Assembly: GCA_030141605.1 (NCBI GenBank)
Contig: JAQGDQ010000708.1
Span: 1-64,000, forward strand
Length of the DNA: 64,000 nucleotides
Origin: Tubiluchus corallicola
Taxonomy: Eukaryota > Animalia > Priapulida
Direction of reading: 5' to 3'
Part shown: piece by piece, positions 36,251-48,863 of the stretch
Layout of the letters: each line of letters starts with the position of its first letter
How positions within the stretch are numbered: position 1 is the first letter of the stretch
Notes under the pieces: generated by a model
Seen by the model: only the letters and a program-made list of their open reading frames with translations
Told to the model about the DNA's origin: nothing
The model's database searches: none
Program-made: the position numbers and the translations under genes

Positions 36251-38284
36251 AATATCTATTTTCATCGGTATAATATAAACAGTACATATTTGTAAAACTT
36301 AGGCTACAATATACACTGCTTCAGATTTTAAACTATTGGATCATTACTAACGACCATTGCAGACATTACAGTAGGTATTTCTTCAAGTGCACCTGATCTA
36401 TGAACAACGTCTGTAGTTCTTATGGTTGCCGTTTCCATTGTCATCTTTCAAGAGACAAAAAGCTGCAACAGCTGCAGTGTATATTGTAAATTTTGCACAC
36501 ATTTAACTCACGCGTTAATAAAATAAGTGTAATCCATCACTCTGCCCTATTAGTAAATTCTCATATTACGTACAATTTATATTATGATTGTCAATGTACT
36601 TTGGTTAAAAGTGGTAATTCTTAAAAATACCGACAAGAGTGTTTTATCTATACCAAATTGTAACATGCGTTAGCAAGTGCTTAGTCTAGAAAGTGTATAA
36701 ATGACTTTTCATTATTGCGTAGTCACCTGCAATCTAAAATCTCGAATAGCAAAATGAATTCATTAATTAACACCTGTAACATTATAGTATATGCTCCTGT
36801 AGCATTATAGTATATACTATATATAGTATATAGTATATGCTTACCGTTTAGTACTCTGCAAGCTCGTCATGGCCACTTCTGAGTTGTAGAAATCCTACCT
36901 CAAACAAATAATTAGCCCAGATAACATGGCAGTATTCCTGGTGGTCATCGCTAATACATTTACTTACTAGGCCGAGAGTTGTTTAACTGTGGTCACTTGG
37001 CACAGTTGATGTCAGTTCGGCCTATGCTTGCCAAAATTCACATTTAGGTGATTGAAAATAATGTACAGGATATAGAATACGGGACTCAGTATAGTGCCCT
37101 GTGGAACACCGTAAAAATGAGAAAAAACAATCTGCTGTTACAAGTCTAATTAGTGACGGAATATTTACGCTGACAGCAACGACAATGTGCAATTTCTTTT
37201 GTGATATTGTTGCTGCCACTAAACCTGTCTTAGTTTTGAAGCCGTGATAATATGGCTTGAATTTTATGAACGTTTTTATGACGCCTTTTGTGGGATGATG
37301 CAAAATTACGTGAGTGAAGCGGGTTAGAGCGCGCGAAGAGTACTGAGGTGTTCCGGTGTTTTAATGTTACGTCTCATGAATACGAAAGAGAGTTCGCATT
37401 AACTATTCAGAGTTCCAATAGCACAGCGTTACATTTTTTGCTATGTTTTATGGGGTATTTGCACGTGTATCATGTGTCAATTTTATCATGTTATGTCCCA
37501 ATTGGTCTGACCTTGTTCAAGTCAAGTGATTGGCCACTCTCGTAGTCATGACCGAGTGTTTGTTTTCTTGTGACCAATAGTTCAAAAGCCATAATAATTT
37601 GCTTTAGCTTTTCGCGTAATAATTCATTGGGACCATCATAACCATCATCAACAACAACGATGTCGTTGTCGACAACAACATCACCACCATGCCACCACCA
37701 CAATGACAAGAACAGCAACCACAACAACAACCAACAATAGCAACACCACCACCATCATCACCACATCAACGACGATGATCATGACAAGTGCGATGACAAC
37801 AACAATAACAACAACAACAACAAACAACAATAGCAACACCACCACTGTCACCACTATGACAACAATAACTGTACTACATTTAAACTCCAGCACATCAAAT
37901 ATGTTTAATATGCAGCAATTGTCGTTTTATCAGTAATAATAAATTACAGCAATAAGTTTTTAGCGAAAAACAAGTTTGATACAGGTAAATTACTAAATTA
38001 GGTTACGTGATTTTCGTCTATAATCATACAAAAAAATAACAGCGAAATAGCCCTAATTGTATAAAGTAGTTCAATAAAGATAATTAGACACTTACATGTG
38101 GTCTCCCTGAGTTTTGGCGCTTATAACTTGCAAAAAAACAATAGAAATCAATTCACAACATTCACATCATATCAACTTGAATTGCCTACCAGGTAATGTC
38201 TACCTGGCCAACTACCTGGTCACATGATTGGTGACAGTTAAAGGGGCAAGACCAAATTTAACAGGTAGGGAAACGTGTATGTGC

Positions 38285-38315
<31 letters not shown>

Positions 38316-38984
38316 CACTACCAGCACCATCATCACCACATCAACGACGATGATCATGACAAGTGCGGTGACAACAACAATAACAACAACAATAACAACA
38401 AACAACAATAGCAACACCACCACTGTCACCACTACGACAGTAACAACAACAACATCTGACCCATCAATCGACGGATATAAATGTGTATTAGTATCCAAAG
38501 ACTATTGATCTGATCTGACATATATTCTTTTGCGTTTTCTCTGTTTGGAGGTGAAAGAACTCACTTCCAGAAAATAAAATAAAACTATTAAACCCACCAT
38601 TAAACCCAAATAAATGCAAAAATCGCTGTTTTTCGCTATTTTCAAATGGCTTCCCTCGTCTGTTGTCTGAGAAGTGTTTGGCTTCTTTCCCTTACCTGTC
38701 AGGTAAATTCAGGTAGGCTTTGATTATAGTTCTGCCTGCTTAGGTAAAGCTCGTTACCTGCCATCGGCTCATTAGCGGTCGTATAATCAACGTTAAATAA
38801 ATGGCTATTACGTAATGACTGTCTTGGGAGGGACCATTACTGGTAGGGGTGATGAGTGATATGAATTGTAGTTTGCTATGATTCTTGGGAGTGGAAGGTT
38901 GTACAATGTTCATAGATAGATCACATCGGATAGACGAGTACTGAGAGTAGGTGCAAAACAGTGGTGTTATCTTAATCAAGTTAT

Positions 38985-39330
38985 CTTAATTTTACATACT
39001 ATTAACATATAATAGTCTTTCTATCTTTTATATCATCCCATATATAAGCTTCATTCATTCCATTTTAAGCACTAATGTTTTTTATCACACGATTCACTTT
39101 AAATTTTCAGATTATTTCCATTACTTTTTTTCTTTCACTGTGTGGGACAATCTAGCAAGCCCTGCTTTTTGATTGCCCGCAACACATTTACCTTCGTATC
39201 TAGGTGAACAGTGTTTGAGGCTTTTCCTGTGCAGTATTTCTTATTTGTATTATGCTCATTGTAGGCCCTTTCACTAGATATTGTACATGAAACTATTGTA
39301 AATGTGTAATGTGAAATAAATGACTTATGA
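38985..39330 (+). mobile_element. Dispersed repeat (probable LINE 3' end), inverted copy of 13110-13490
   Basis: Reverse-complement near-identity. Confidence 0.7.
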
Positions 39331-39461
39331 GACACGTAGCGACCAACTAGAATGTCTTAGTATTTGGAATTTTTGGGTAATAAGACCATTATTTACTGTA
39401 CAACTACAAAATATTGTCAGAAAATGCTAATTCATACAATCGGAACGTTAGAAATACACCA

Positions 39462-39927
39462 TTAACCCTTTCATACCCGTTGTATCCCGTGGGATACGAG
39501 AATATTTTGTGCCTTTAAAATTAATAAAATTTTAAAACTGACAGTTATTTGATCTGTTAATAGTTATTCTGATTTAAGCCAATAACAATAGACTAAAAGT
39601 GGTGATAAAATGGCAAACTAGAAAATCTACATAGCATAAAAAACTGTGCAAGGTACAGTACTTTAGAGACGACATTGTGCAGATCAGCATAGCATGCATA
39701 CTAAATGTCTTAAATACTTTAAAAAATTATCAGCAGTTACAAAATGAAGCACATTTTATGCTTCCATTGAATCCCAATGTATCCCGTGGGATACACGCTA
39801 TATTTAGCACGCGGGCACAGGTAGAAAAAAATAATTATTATGTGTAAACAAGATGGACATACTGAACAAAAGCACCAAGCCAAAAAATTTTCTTATTAAA
39901 AAAATAATTTGGGACTGAAAGGGTTAA
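39462..39927. mobile_element. piggyBac-type MITE, full copy
   Basis: TTAA-ccctttca ... tgaaaggg-TTAA. Confidence 0.88.
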
Positions 39928-40249
39928 AGTAATACCATGAGACAGACATTAAAACGAGCAAGAGACGACATCTTAGAATATGTGTTTTAGACGGTATGTG
40001 AAATATAGCTGATGTAATCGTAATTGGTTGACCATACTTTTAACAACACGTATATGTACACACAGTAGTGTGCGTTGCGTTGTGAATGCGTTTTGTGGTT
40101 TGGTATAACATTATTGTAATGACTGGCTTGGGACGAATCATCATTGAGAGAGGTAGGGGGTGACAGGTTGTGGTTTAGAATGATGGATATTGGGTACGCG
40201 ATTCTGATAACGACAAATGGACTCGAATAAATCTATTTCTAAGAAGATT

Positions 40250-40443
40250 GGCACTGCAATATGTCTGAATAGGCTGGTGCTGCAATATGTCTGAATAGGG
40301 TGGTGCTGCAATATGTCTGAATAGGGTGGTGCTGCAATGTGTCTGAATGGGCTGGTGCTGCAATGTGTCTGAATTGGCTGGTGCTGCAGTGTGTCTGAAT
40401 GGGCTGGTGCTGCAATGTGTCTGAATTGGCTGGTGCTGCAGTG
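40250..40443. repeat. 26-bp minisatellite, ~7 copies
   Basis: Unit gctgcaatgtgtctgaatgggctggt. Confidence 0.9.
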
Positions 40444-41112
40444 TGGTACCTATCATTTTTGATTTCAGCACCCCCAAGAATTTAGCCATAAAAGTCAATT
40501 TTGGCGCAAAAATCGAGTTGGAACACATAAAGGTCTTTACTAATAGAAAAGTTCAATTATTTCCATTGACATGGTACTATATTAACCACGTTCATTCTAT
40601 GTAAATTTATGTACTAAGTGTTTCGTGAGAAAATCTATGATGTGAGAAAATCTAAGTTATAGTGAAACTGTCTGACTTAATAATCTGTTTTACAATGTGA
40701 AAAACTAGTAGATATGAATGAGCAAATGAAGGAATGAACGAGTGAATGGATGGATGAACTTATGAATGAAAAAACAAACGAGTTACACACAAACAAGTAA
40801 ACACAGACAACCAGAAAAAACTTGCAGGAAACAAAACAAACAGATTATTTTCGTAGCAAATCCCAAATCCTTCCAAACATTCATTAGTGATTAGACTGAG
40901 AGCTATAGAAGACATATCGTGACGTTCCTAATTAGAGATACATGTGCTTTCTGATAATGCGCAATTATCCACTTTGTTTCGCTTCTTCCAAATACCTAGC
41001 ATTAAGAAGACACTGATAAATTAGATCGCTAAGCTGAGGCGAAGTATGTGGACGGTCACAGTAGCTGCAATGGTCAAATCTCCATTTTCGCAACATTAGA
41101 GTCTTGTATAGT

Positions 41113-41412
41113 TTTGTATGGTTGCGTCATGCATCATTGTTTGTATGGTTGCGCCATGCTTCATTGATTGTATGGTTGCGTCATGCATCATTGTTTGTAT
41201 GGTTGCGTCATGCATCATTGTTTATATGGTTGTGTCAGGCATCATTGATTGTATGGTTGCATCATGCATCATTGTTTGTATGGTTGCGTCATGCATCATT
41301 GTTTGTATGGTTGCGTCAAACTTCATTCTTTGTATGGTTGCGTCATGTATCATTGTTTGTATGGTTGCGTCATGCTTCATTGTTTGTATGGTTGCGTCAT
41401 GCATCATTGTTT
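41113..41412. repeat. 27-bp minisatellite, ~11 copies
   Basis: Unit ttgtatggttgcgtcatgcatcattgt. Confidence 0.92.
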
Positions 41413-41638
41413 ATTTATAGTTAAAAACAGCACGACTTTATTAAAACTTCTACATTGAAAAGTTCAAAGTTAAAATCATGCTAAACGTTTCGACTAGCTG
41501 CCAGTGGTAAATTTACAAACATACGAATTTACCACTGATGATGACAGCAGCAGCTAGTCGAAACGTTTAGCATGATTTTAAATTTTAACTTTTTAATGTT
41601 GAAGTTTTAATAAAGTTTTGTTGTTTTTAACTATAAAT
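41413..41638. mobile_element. Palindromic element resembling inverted Penelope-like pLTR ends, with a minimal hammerhead core in the right arm
   Basis: ~100-bp inverted arms; the right arm has ccaCTGATGAtgacagcagcagctagtcGAAAcgtt (41532-41567). Confidence 0.65.
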
Positions 41639-41836
41639 GTTTTTATGTTTTTGTAATAAAATTGATGTTTATCAATTACTGATTACTTTGAAAAATTATT
41701 AAATCCCTAAAATTAGTGTTTAATGATCACTTACCTTTTCTTTTTCTTTTTTCTTTCACCTGAAGATGTCGCTTACACCTGTGTGGTTGTTGAAATTTTG
41801 TGTATTGTCACTTTGGCTGAATCGTATAATGTGAAG

Positions 41837-42220
41837 TTAAAGCACAAGAAAACCCTCCATATACATAAAGTTTAAAAATTTTTATATCACTTACATTCTG
41901 CCTTTTTGCATGCAGGACTTCAATCGGCAGTAACGCTGTATAAAACATGTAAATTTAAACTCCCGCGATGACTGTTAGGCGCTGCCATTTTGACGACAGG
42001 TTATTTGAAACAAGTTTAGATAACATTTTGTAAAGTTTGAAAAAATAATCAGAGCATTCGTAGCGCACAAGTCACTAACTAAATGAAATTTTAAATTACT
42101 GTATCTCGTCAATAAAAATTCATTTTTGGTTAGTAAGTGGTGCACCCTGGAGGGTGAGTCAGCGACATTTTACCAATTTGTGAAAGCATTTTAAATAATT
42201 AATAATTTTCTTTTCTAGTT
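41837..42220. mobile_element. Dispersed DNA-transposon-like repeat; inverted copy at 50925-51320
   Basis: Reverse-complement homology; terminus ttaaagcacaagaaaa. Confidence 0.65.
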
Positions 42221-42595
42221 ACATAAGTCTTTCAAGCAGGTAAGCGAAATGCTAAGTAATATAGATTTGTATAGAACGTTTTTGGGGGAGTTTCTTGTGG
42301 AGAATGGGTTTCATTTATTTCAAACATTTACATAAAGAACACAATTTGATTCCTAGTTCAAAATGAAGTACAGCAATAATAACAAAGTTACGTTTCCTGT
42401 TTGCCGAATCACGGAGGCAGTTCGCGTGTCTCTTCTTGGCTGCTCTTTGTGTTCTGCTCTCTGCCTCATCTCATTAGTTGTGAAGCTTTGTGCAAACCCT
42501 GTACAGTGTTTAGCACAAACAAGGAAGTGTGTCTTGTCACATTCCCTCAGGAAAATGCATGAGTACAAAACTGATATCTACTAGATTGTAGAAAA

Positions 42596-42812
42596 AATCG
42601 ATGATCTCATAACAGTATACTCAACCAATCGATGATCTCATAACAGTATACTCAACCAATCGATGATCTCATAACAGTATACTCAACCAATCGATGATCT
42701 CATAACAGTATACTCAACCAATCGATGATCTCATAACAGTATACTCAACCAATCGATGATCTCATAACAGTGTACTCAACCAATCGCTGATCTCATAACA
42801 GTGTACTCAACC
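42596..42812. repeat. 31-bp minisatellite, 7 copies
   Basis: Unit aatcgatgatctcataacagtatactcaacc. Confidence 0.92.
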
Positions 42813-43190
42813 ATTTCATCTTTTAGTTTTCTTTATTATTTTTTTTATTTTTTTCATTATGTATTTTTTACATTTTTTGGACTGTTCTAGTATTAATGAA
42901 GTCTTTAATTATTCAGTTGTTTTTATTCTTTTATTTTATTTACATGTTGTTCTAGCCAAATAACACTAGCAACTGACCATGACAGTCACATTTTACATGT
43001 GACAGTACTGAACCATTTCACATTTTAGTTTTCCTAATTATTTGTTTGGTATTTTTTCATTAGGTGTTTATTACCGCAATACTTGTTCTACTATTAATTA
43101 TTTGTTTAATTATTCAGCTTTTTCCACTGTTTTTATTATTTTGTTTTATTTGCATGTGATTTCAGCCAAATAACATGAGCAACTGACTGT

Positions 43191-44582
43191 AACTGTCGTT
43201 GTTTCTTGGCCAGCTCTCCACTGTTTGTTTCGTTGTTCAACTGTGGTTGTTTGTTGTCCAGCTCTCCGCTGTTTGTTTCGTTGTTCAACTGTGGTTGTTT
43301 CTTGTCCATCTCTCCGCTGTTTGTTTCGTTGTTCAACTGTGGTTGTTTCTTGTCCATCTCTCCGCTGTTTGTTTCGTTGTTCAACTGTGGTTGTTTCTTG
43401 TCCATCTCTCCGCTGTTTGTTTCGTTGTTCAACTGTGGTTGTTTCTTGTCCAGCTCCCCACTGTTTGTTTCGTTGTTCAACTGTGGTTGTTTCTTGTCCA
43501 GCTCTCCACTGTTTGTTTCGTTGTTCAACTGTGGTTGTTTCTTGTCCAGCTCTCCACTGTTTGTTTCGTTGTTCAACTGTGGTTGTTTCTTGTCCAGCTC
43601 TCCACTGTTTGTTTCGTTGTTCAACTGTGGTTGTTTCTTGCCCAGCTCTCCACTGTTTGTTCCGTTGTTCAACTGTGGTTGTTTCTTGGCCAGCTCTCCA
43701 CTGTTTGTTTCGTTGTTCAACTGTGGTTGTTTCTTGGCCAGCTCTCCACTGTTTGTTTCGTTGTTCAACTGTGATTGTTTCTTGTCCAGCTCTCCGCTGT
43801 TTGTTTCGTTGTTCAACTGTGGTTGTTTCTTGTCCAGCTCTCCGCTGTTTGTTTCGTTGTTCAACTGTGGTTGTTTCTTGTCCAGCTCTCCACTGTGTGT
43901 TTCGTTGTTCAACTGTGGTTGTTTCTTGGCCAGCTCTCCACTGTTTGTTTCGTTGTTCAACTGTGGTTGTTTCTTGTCCAGCTCTCCACTGTTTGTTTCG
44001 TTGTTCAACTGTGGTTGTTTCTTGGCCAGCTCTCCACTGTTTGTTTCGTTGTTCTAATGTGGTTGTTTCTTGTCCAGCTCTCCACTGTTTGTTTCGTTGT
44101 TCTAATGTGGTTGTTTCTTGTCCAGCTCTCCGCTGTTTGTTTCGTTGTTCAACTGTGGTTGTTTCTTGTCCAGCTCTCCGCTGTTTGTTTCGTTGTTCTA
44201 ATGTGGTTGTTTCTTGGCCAGCTCTCCGCTGTTTGTTTCGTTGTTCTAATGTGGTTGTTTCTTGTCCAGCTCTCCACTGTTTGTTTCGTTGTTCTAATGT
44301 GGTTGTTTCTTGTCCAGCTCTCCACTGTTTGTTTCGCTGTTCAACTGTGGTTGTTTCTTGTCCATCTCTCCACTGTTTGTTTCGTTGTTCAACTGTGGTT
44401 GTTTCTTGTCCATCTCTCCGCTGTTTGTTTCGTTGTTCAACTGTGGTTGTTTCTTGTCCAGCTCCCCACTGTTTGTTTCGTTGTTCAACTGTGGTTGTTT
44501 CTCGTCCAGCTCCCCACTGTTTGTTTCGTTGTTCAACTGTGGTTGTTTCTTGTCCAACTCTCCACTGTTTGTTTCATTGTTC
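43191..44582. repeat. 48-bp minisatellite, ~29 copies
   Basis: Unit ctgtggttgtttcttgtccagctctccactgtttgtttcgttgttcaa. Confidence 0.95.
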
Positions 44583-45009
44583 TTTACTCGAATTGAGATC
44601 TAACATAATATCAATCATTTTCGTTGACTGCCCAATCAGCGTGCAACTTATTTCACACCCTTGCAGAGCTTAATTAAGGCAGATACGTTCGGGACATTTA
44701 GCTACAGCTTCGTCCGTCTAACACCGTTATGAAAAATGCTCAACTTAGTTAGCAGGAGAAATATTAACCTGGTTCTAGATCTTATTATTGTCAATTGAAA
44801 TTGCAAGTGAATTAGTGGAAATATATAGTCTAGTTTCGTTTATAGGAGGAAATGCACAAGGCTTACGTCTATGAGTTGCTGATTAAACCATTTTGCAATC
44901 AAGAAAATACGCAGTTTAGTTTAGTTTATGGGTTTGCAAGTAGGAAGAAACTATTTCATTTGTGGAGATTTTTGTACTGTTGTTTCATATCGTTATGTCT
45001 GTGAAAAGG

Positions 45010-45180
45010 TGTGCTAGATGGGCTCCTACTGCAGTTTTCTCATTCTTTTCTTTTCAGGTTTACGTACAGGAACAACCATGTATTATTAGTGGTTGTGCTA
45101 GATGGGCACCTAGTGCAATTTTCTCATTCATTCTTTTCCTTTCAGGTTTACGTACAGGAACAACCATGTATTGTTAGTGG
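45010..45180 (+). repeat. ~85-bp tandem duplication of the acceptor and first 35 nt of the POMGNT1-like terminal exon
   Basis: tttcag|gtttacgtacaggaacaaccatgtatt(a/g)ttagtgg occurs with exon starts at 45058 and 45146. Confidence 0.88.
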
Positions 45181-45239
45181 GCTCTGAATCTCCATTCTAC
45201 TACCAACCAAACGTGACAATGAAGGCACAACAATTGTAG
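45146..45239 (+). CDS. POMGNT1-like: POMGNT1-like terminal exon H (RFTYRNNHVLLVGSESPFYYQPNVTMKAQQL*)
   Basis: Strong polypyrimidine acceptor; phase 2 matches exon G; resembles the POMGNT1 C-terminus RLFRKKNHFLVVG..SPY; AATAAA at 45253, 45354 and 45388. Confidence 0.8.
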
Positions 45240-45665
45240 CATTAGCAGTAGGAATAAATGACCGTCGAGTAGCCTGGCTGCCCGATAGGTCGGGAATTAT
45301 GCAACTCGTTGTGACGCTCACAAAAAATTACAGAATAATATCAAACAAACGTAAATAAAAAATGTTTTTGCTACTTTATATCATGAAAATAAATCTGTTT
45401 TTACCTTTTGCATTGTGAAATGACATTAAATATTCTAATGTTCATTACTAGATCAAAGGCAAAAACATTGCAGTGACAGTCTAGTAAATTATGTCAATTT
45501 CTCAAACTAACATCAACCTGATCAGATATCGTTTCGTTTTAATAAATTTTACAGTAATTGATTTTTGTTTTCGATTTTGCTTGCTGGCTACATAGTTTTA
45601 ATAACACAATAATACCTGTGATGCATCTAGATGTGGTGTATCTAAAGAAAGCTTAAATTCTATGT

Positions 45666-45773
45666 GCTTGTCACGTGATAAAGGCATGCTTGTCACGTGA
45701 TATATACATGCTTGTCACGTGATATAGGTATGCTTGTCGCGTGATATAGGCGTTCTTGTCACGTGATATAGGC
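45666..45773. repeat. 22-bp tandem repeat, 5 copies, four carrying GTCACGTGA
   Basis: Unit tgcttgtcacgtgatataggca. Confidence 0.85.
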
Positions 45774-47494
45774 AAAGCGTTTTCCTGGTTTTCCTGTTTC
45801 AAATTTTCAACTGTAACGTCATTTTTCTTGTGTAGCAAAATACAGAGAAGAGTTATGTAATTATTGTAAAGGAATTGGGTTATGAAAATATTTTGTTGGC
45901 ATTGGGAATTGAACTCGAGACTTTTTGCTTAATGTACTTCAAATAGATCTATATGAGCTAGATGAGCAAATTTTGATCGTTTTGCTATGTAATTGGCTGT
46001 GAGTTAAAACTTGTCTTGGACTTCTAATTTGTTTATAGATCTGAATCAAAACTGTTGATTATTTGTGTTTTTTAATGCAAAAGTTGGGTAGTTAGTTTGT
46101 ACAAATCAGAATAAAGAATGTAAATATGTTAAATAATATGATAGTACTGTACTGTGTGATATATAACTTATTTGTATATCTTGAGTTGGCTTATCTTATC
46201 AGGTGTTAATAGACTGTTTTTTAATAATGGTGTGTAGATGTTTTGTTAGTAGTATGTCAATGCGTTTGCTAAACCGCTCGAGCCAAAATTCTCAAAAATG
46301 CTAAAAAAATCTTTTGGAATCTTTTAATTTATGTTTTTAAACTAACGTAACTTTCATTAGTATCAAAAATTTGCAGTTTAAATCTGGCGACTGTTAAACT
46401 TATCTGCATCGGCAACTATAGGAGATTTCCCATACTGCTGTAATGCTAGTCATTTTATGCCAAAGACTTTGACCAGTAAACCACACTGTTTCTTTGTGCA
46501 TGTGCAAATAACATTGCACATTTGAGCTTACTGTGTAATCCTGTGTACTGTAAGAGACATACAGTAATTTATGTTTTAAGTATTAAAATTTATGTTGTTA
46601 CAGTAATAAGATAAGAGTTCTTATTGAATATATGATCATGTGTAATGATTAAAGGAAGACCGGATGATTGTGTAAGCACGAGTTCAGAATAAATAATGTT
46701 CTAAAATATTGAAAACTACAATAGCTTATTTTAAATCAAAGCTCAGATTAAATAATAATTACCTCGGATACTCAAATTTCGTTATTAAACTTTCAAAGCT
46801 ACGCGCGGCTCAGTGAATCTACTAAGATTGGCAGCGGCGCGTTTTTGTCGCGTGCGCGTGGCCGACAAATAGAAGGCGGCACCGTGATAAGCATGATCAT
46901 GAAATGCTGTGTTCGTTTCATGACGTCATATGATGTAGAGCCCATTTTCGTGACATCGTGCGTTTAAGCAGTACTGATACGTTTATGCAAATGTGCTTGA
47001 CGCGCAAGGAAAGACGCCTGCCATTGCACAAACTGTGGTTAGTTTCTGACGTAAGCGATAGCTGTGTTAGGTTGCCGTTAATTAATTTTCTAAGCTAATT
47101 ATTCAAATATAAGGAACAATTGCTAACTTTTATAGGCAAGAAAATGTTAATTTTGGACAGTAAATTGAAATGAGATTGAGTCTAAACAATCATCCGGTCT
47201 TCCTTTAATGCAATTTTCTTTCATTGGTGAAAATCAGAATTGTAGCGTGTCTCAGGTGTAGACATTGTTCCAGCTGTGTAAACTTTGACCAAAGAAATAA
47301 CTTTTCTGGAATATTCCTACGTTTGGCAGGGAAAAGGGTGTGAAAAGCTTTTCTAAAATAATAAAACATATTCGTCTGAAAATTGCGCCTGTTTTTGTTT
47401 GAGTTTCTAAGAAAATTCATAATATTCCAGAGAATTTTTGGAATGTCCGGTTTAAAAGCTGCCAGTGACGTCTGGTGTACATCACACAAACGTA

Positions 47495-47538
47495 CGTAAC
47501 CGGAAGTACTTGACGCGCGTAACCGGAAGTACTTGACT
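47495..47538. promoter_or_regulatory. Duplicated ETS-type motif (CCGGAAGT) in a promoter-like segment
   Basis: cgtaaccggaagtacttgac occurs twice in tandem; function not demonstrated. Confidence 0.35.
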
Positions 47539-47787
47539 GTTGCCCTTTAGGAATAGTTATGGTTAACATTATCGTAAAACAATTTTAAAAACTTTTTAAG
47601 TGAGAATGATTTTGCAGTTTTTATTTCACACTTAGTTTTTATTGGCTGGACGTGTACTTCCCCCCCCCCCCAGTTGCCTTCCCTAAATTTAAGTAAAGGA
47701 AGCGCTTTTTCACAAACTTCCTGTAAACAACGAAGCTGTAGTATGTTAAACATTATTGCATTTTATCCATAATTTCAATTTGATTTG

Positions 47788-47957
47788 TTAACCCTTTCAC
47801 ACCCGTTCTATCCCGTGGGATACATGCTATATTTAGCACGCGGGCACAGGTAGAAAAAATAATTATGATGTGTAAACAAGATGGACATACTGAACAAAAG
47901 TACCATGCCAAAAAAAATTTTCTTATTAAAAAAATAATTTGGGACTGAAAGGGTTAA
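47788..47957. mobile_element. Internally deleted piggyBac-type MITE
   Basis: Both TTAA-flanked TIRs are retained; the internal ~296 bp of the 39462 copy is absent. Confidence 0.85.
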
Positions 47958-48532
47958 TAGTGTGCAATGGTGATGAAAGAGGTTTTAAAACTGAACTTAC
48001 TTGGCTTCTTTACTCGCCTTTGGGAAATTTCTCGCAAAAGTTTGCAAGTGACTGTTAGCACCTGCCATTCTTTGTCTAAACGATAACAAGTCACTTTTTT
48101 GGCTTCACAATCCTGATGTCACGTGACTAACGTTATTATGATGTCACGCCAAGTAATCTGCTTTTTGGTTTTCATTCATAAACCTAATATTTGAACAAAC
48201 TGTTATCAGTAGTTGACAGTTACGCGTGCTTTAAAGCTGCGTCCTCTTTAATAAGTGTGGCTGTTTGCTTACAGATGGCGGTATATGCATATTTGCGGAA
48301 ACGTTACAGCTTCATTGCTTTCATTATTAAATCGCGCCCGGGCAATTGCTTGACAAAAAAAAACGTTAGGGCTAACATGATAAAATAAGACTTGGGTTTT
48401 TCACGGTTCATCAAGTTAGAAGCTAGAATTCAGCACTCAGTCGTACAGTATACTCAATGTAGATAAGTGTGGTGGGATCGGAACCTAGCTAATTGTCAAG
48501 GATAGTCCTCTAACATGAAACAGTTCGACCAG

Positions 48533-48863
<331 letters not shown>

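Noticed and set aside
37630-38460. Two Thr-rich mucin-like ORFs
   Set aside because: A duplicated (ACA/CAC)-rich low-complexity block without convincing splice sites
43199-44673. Cys-rich or hydrophobic + strand ORFs up to 482 aa
   Set aside because: Products of the 48-bp minisatellite being open in several frames
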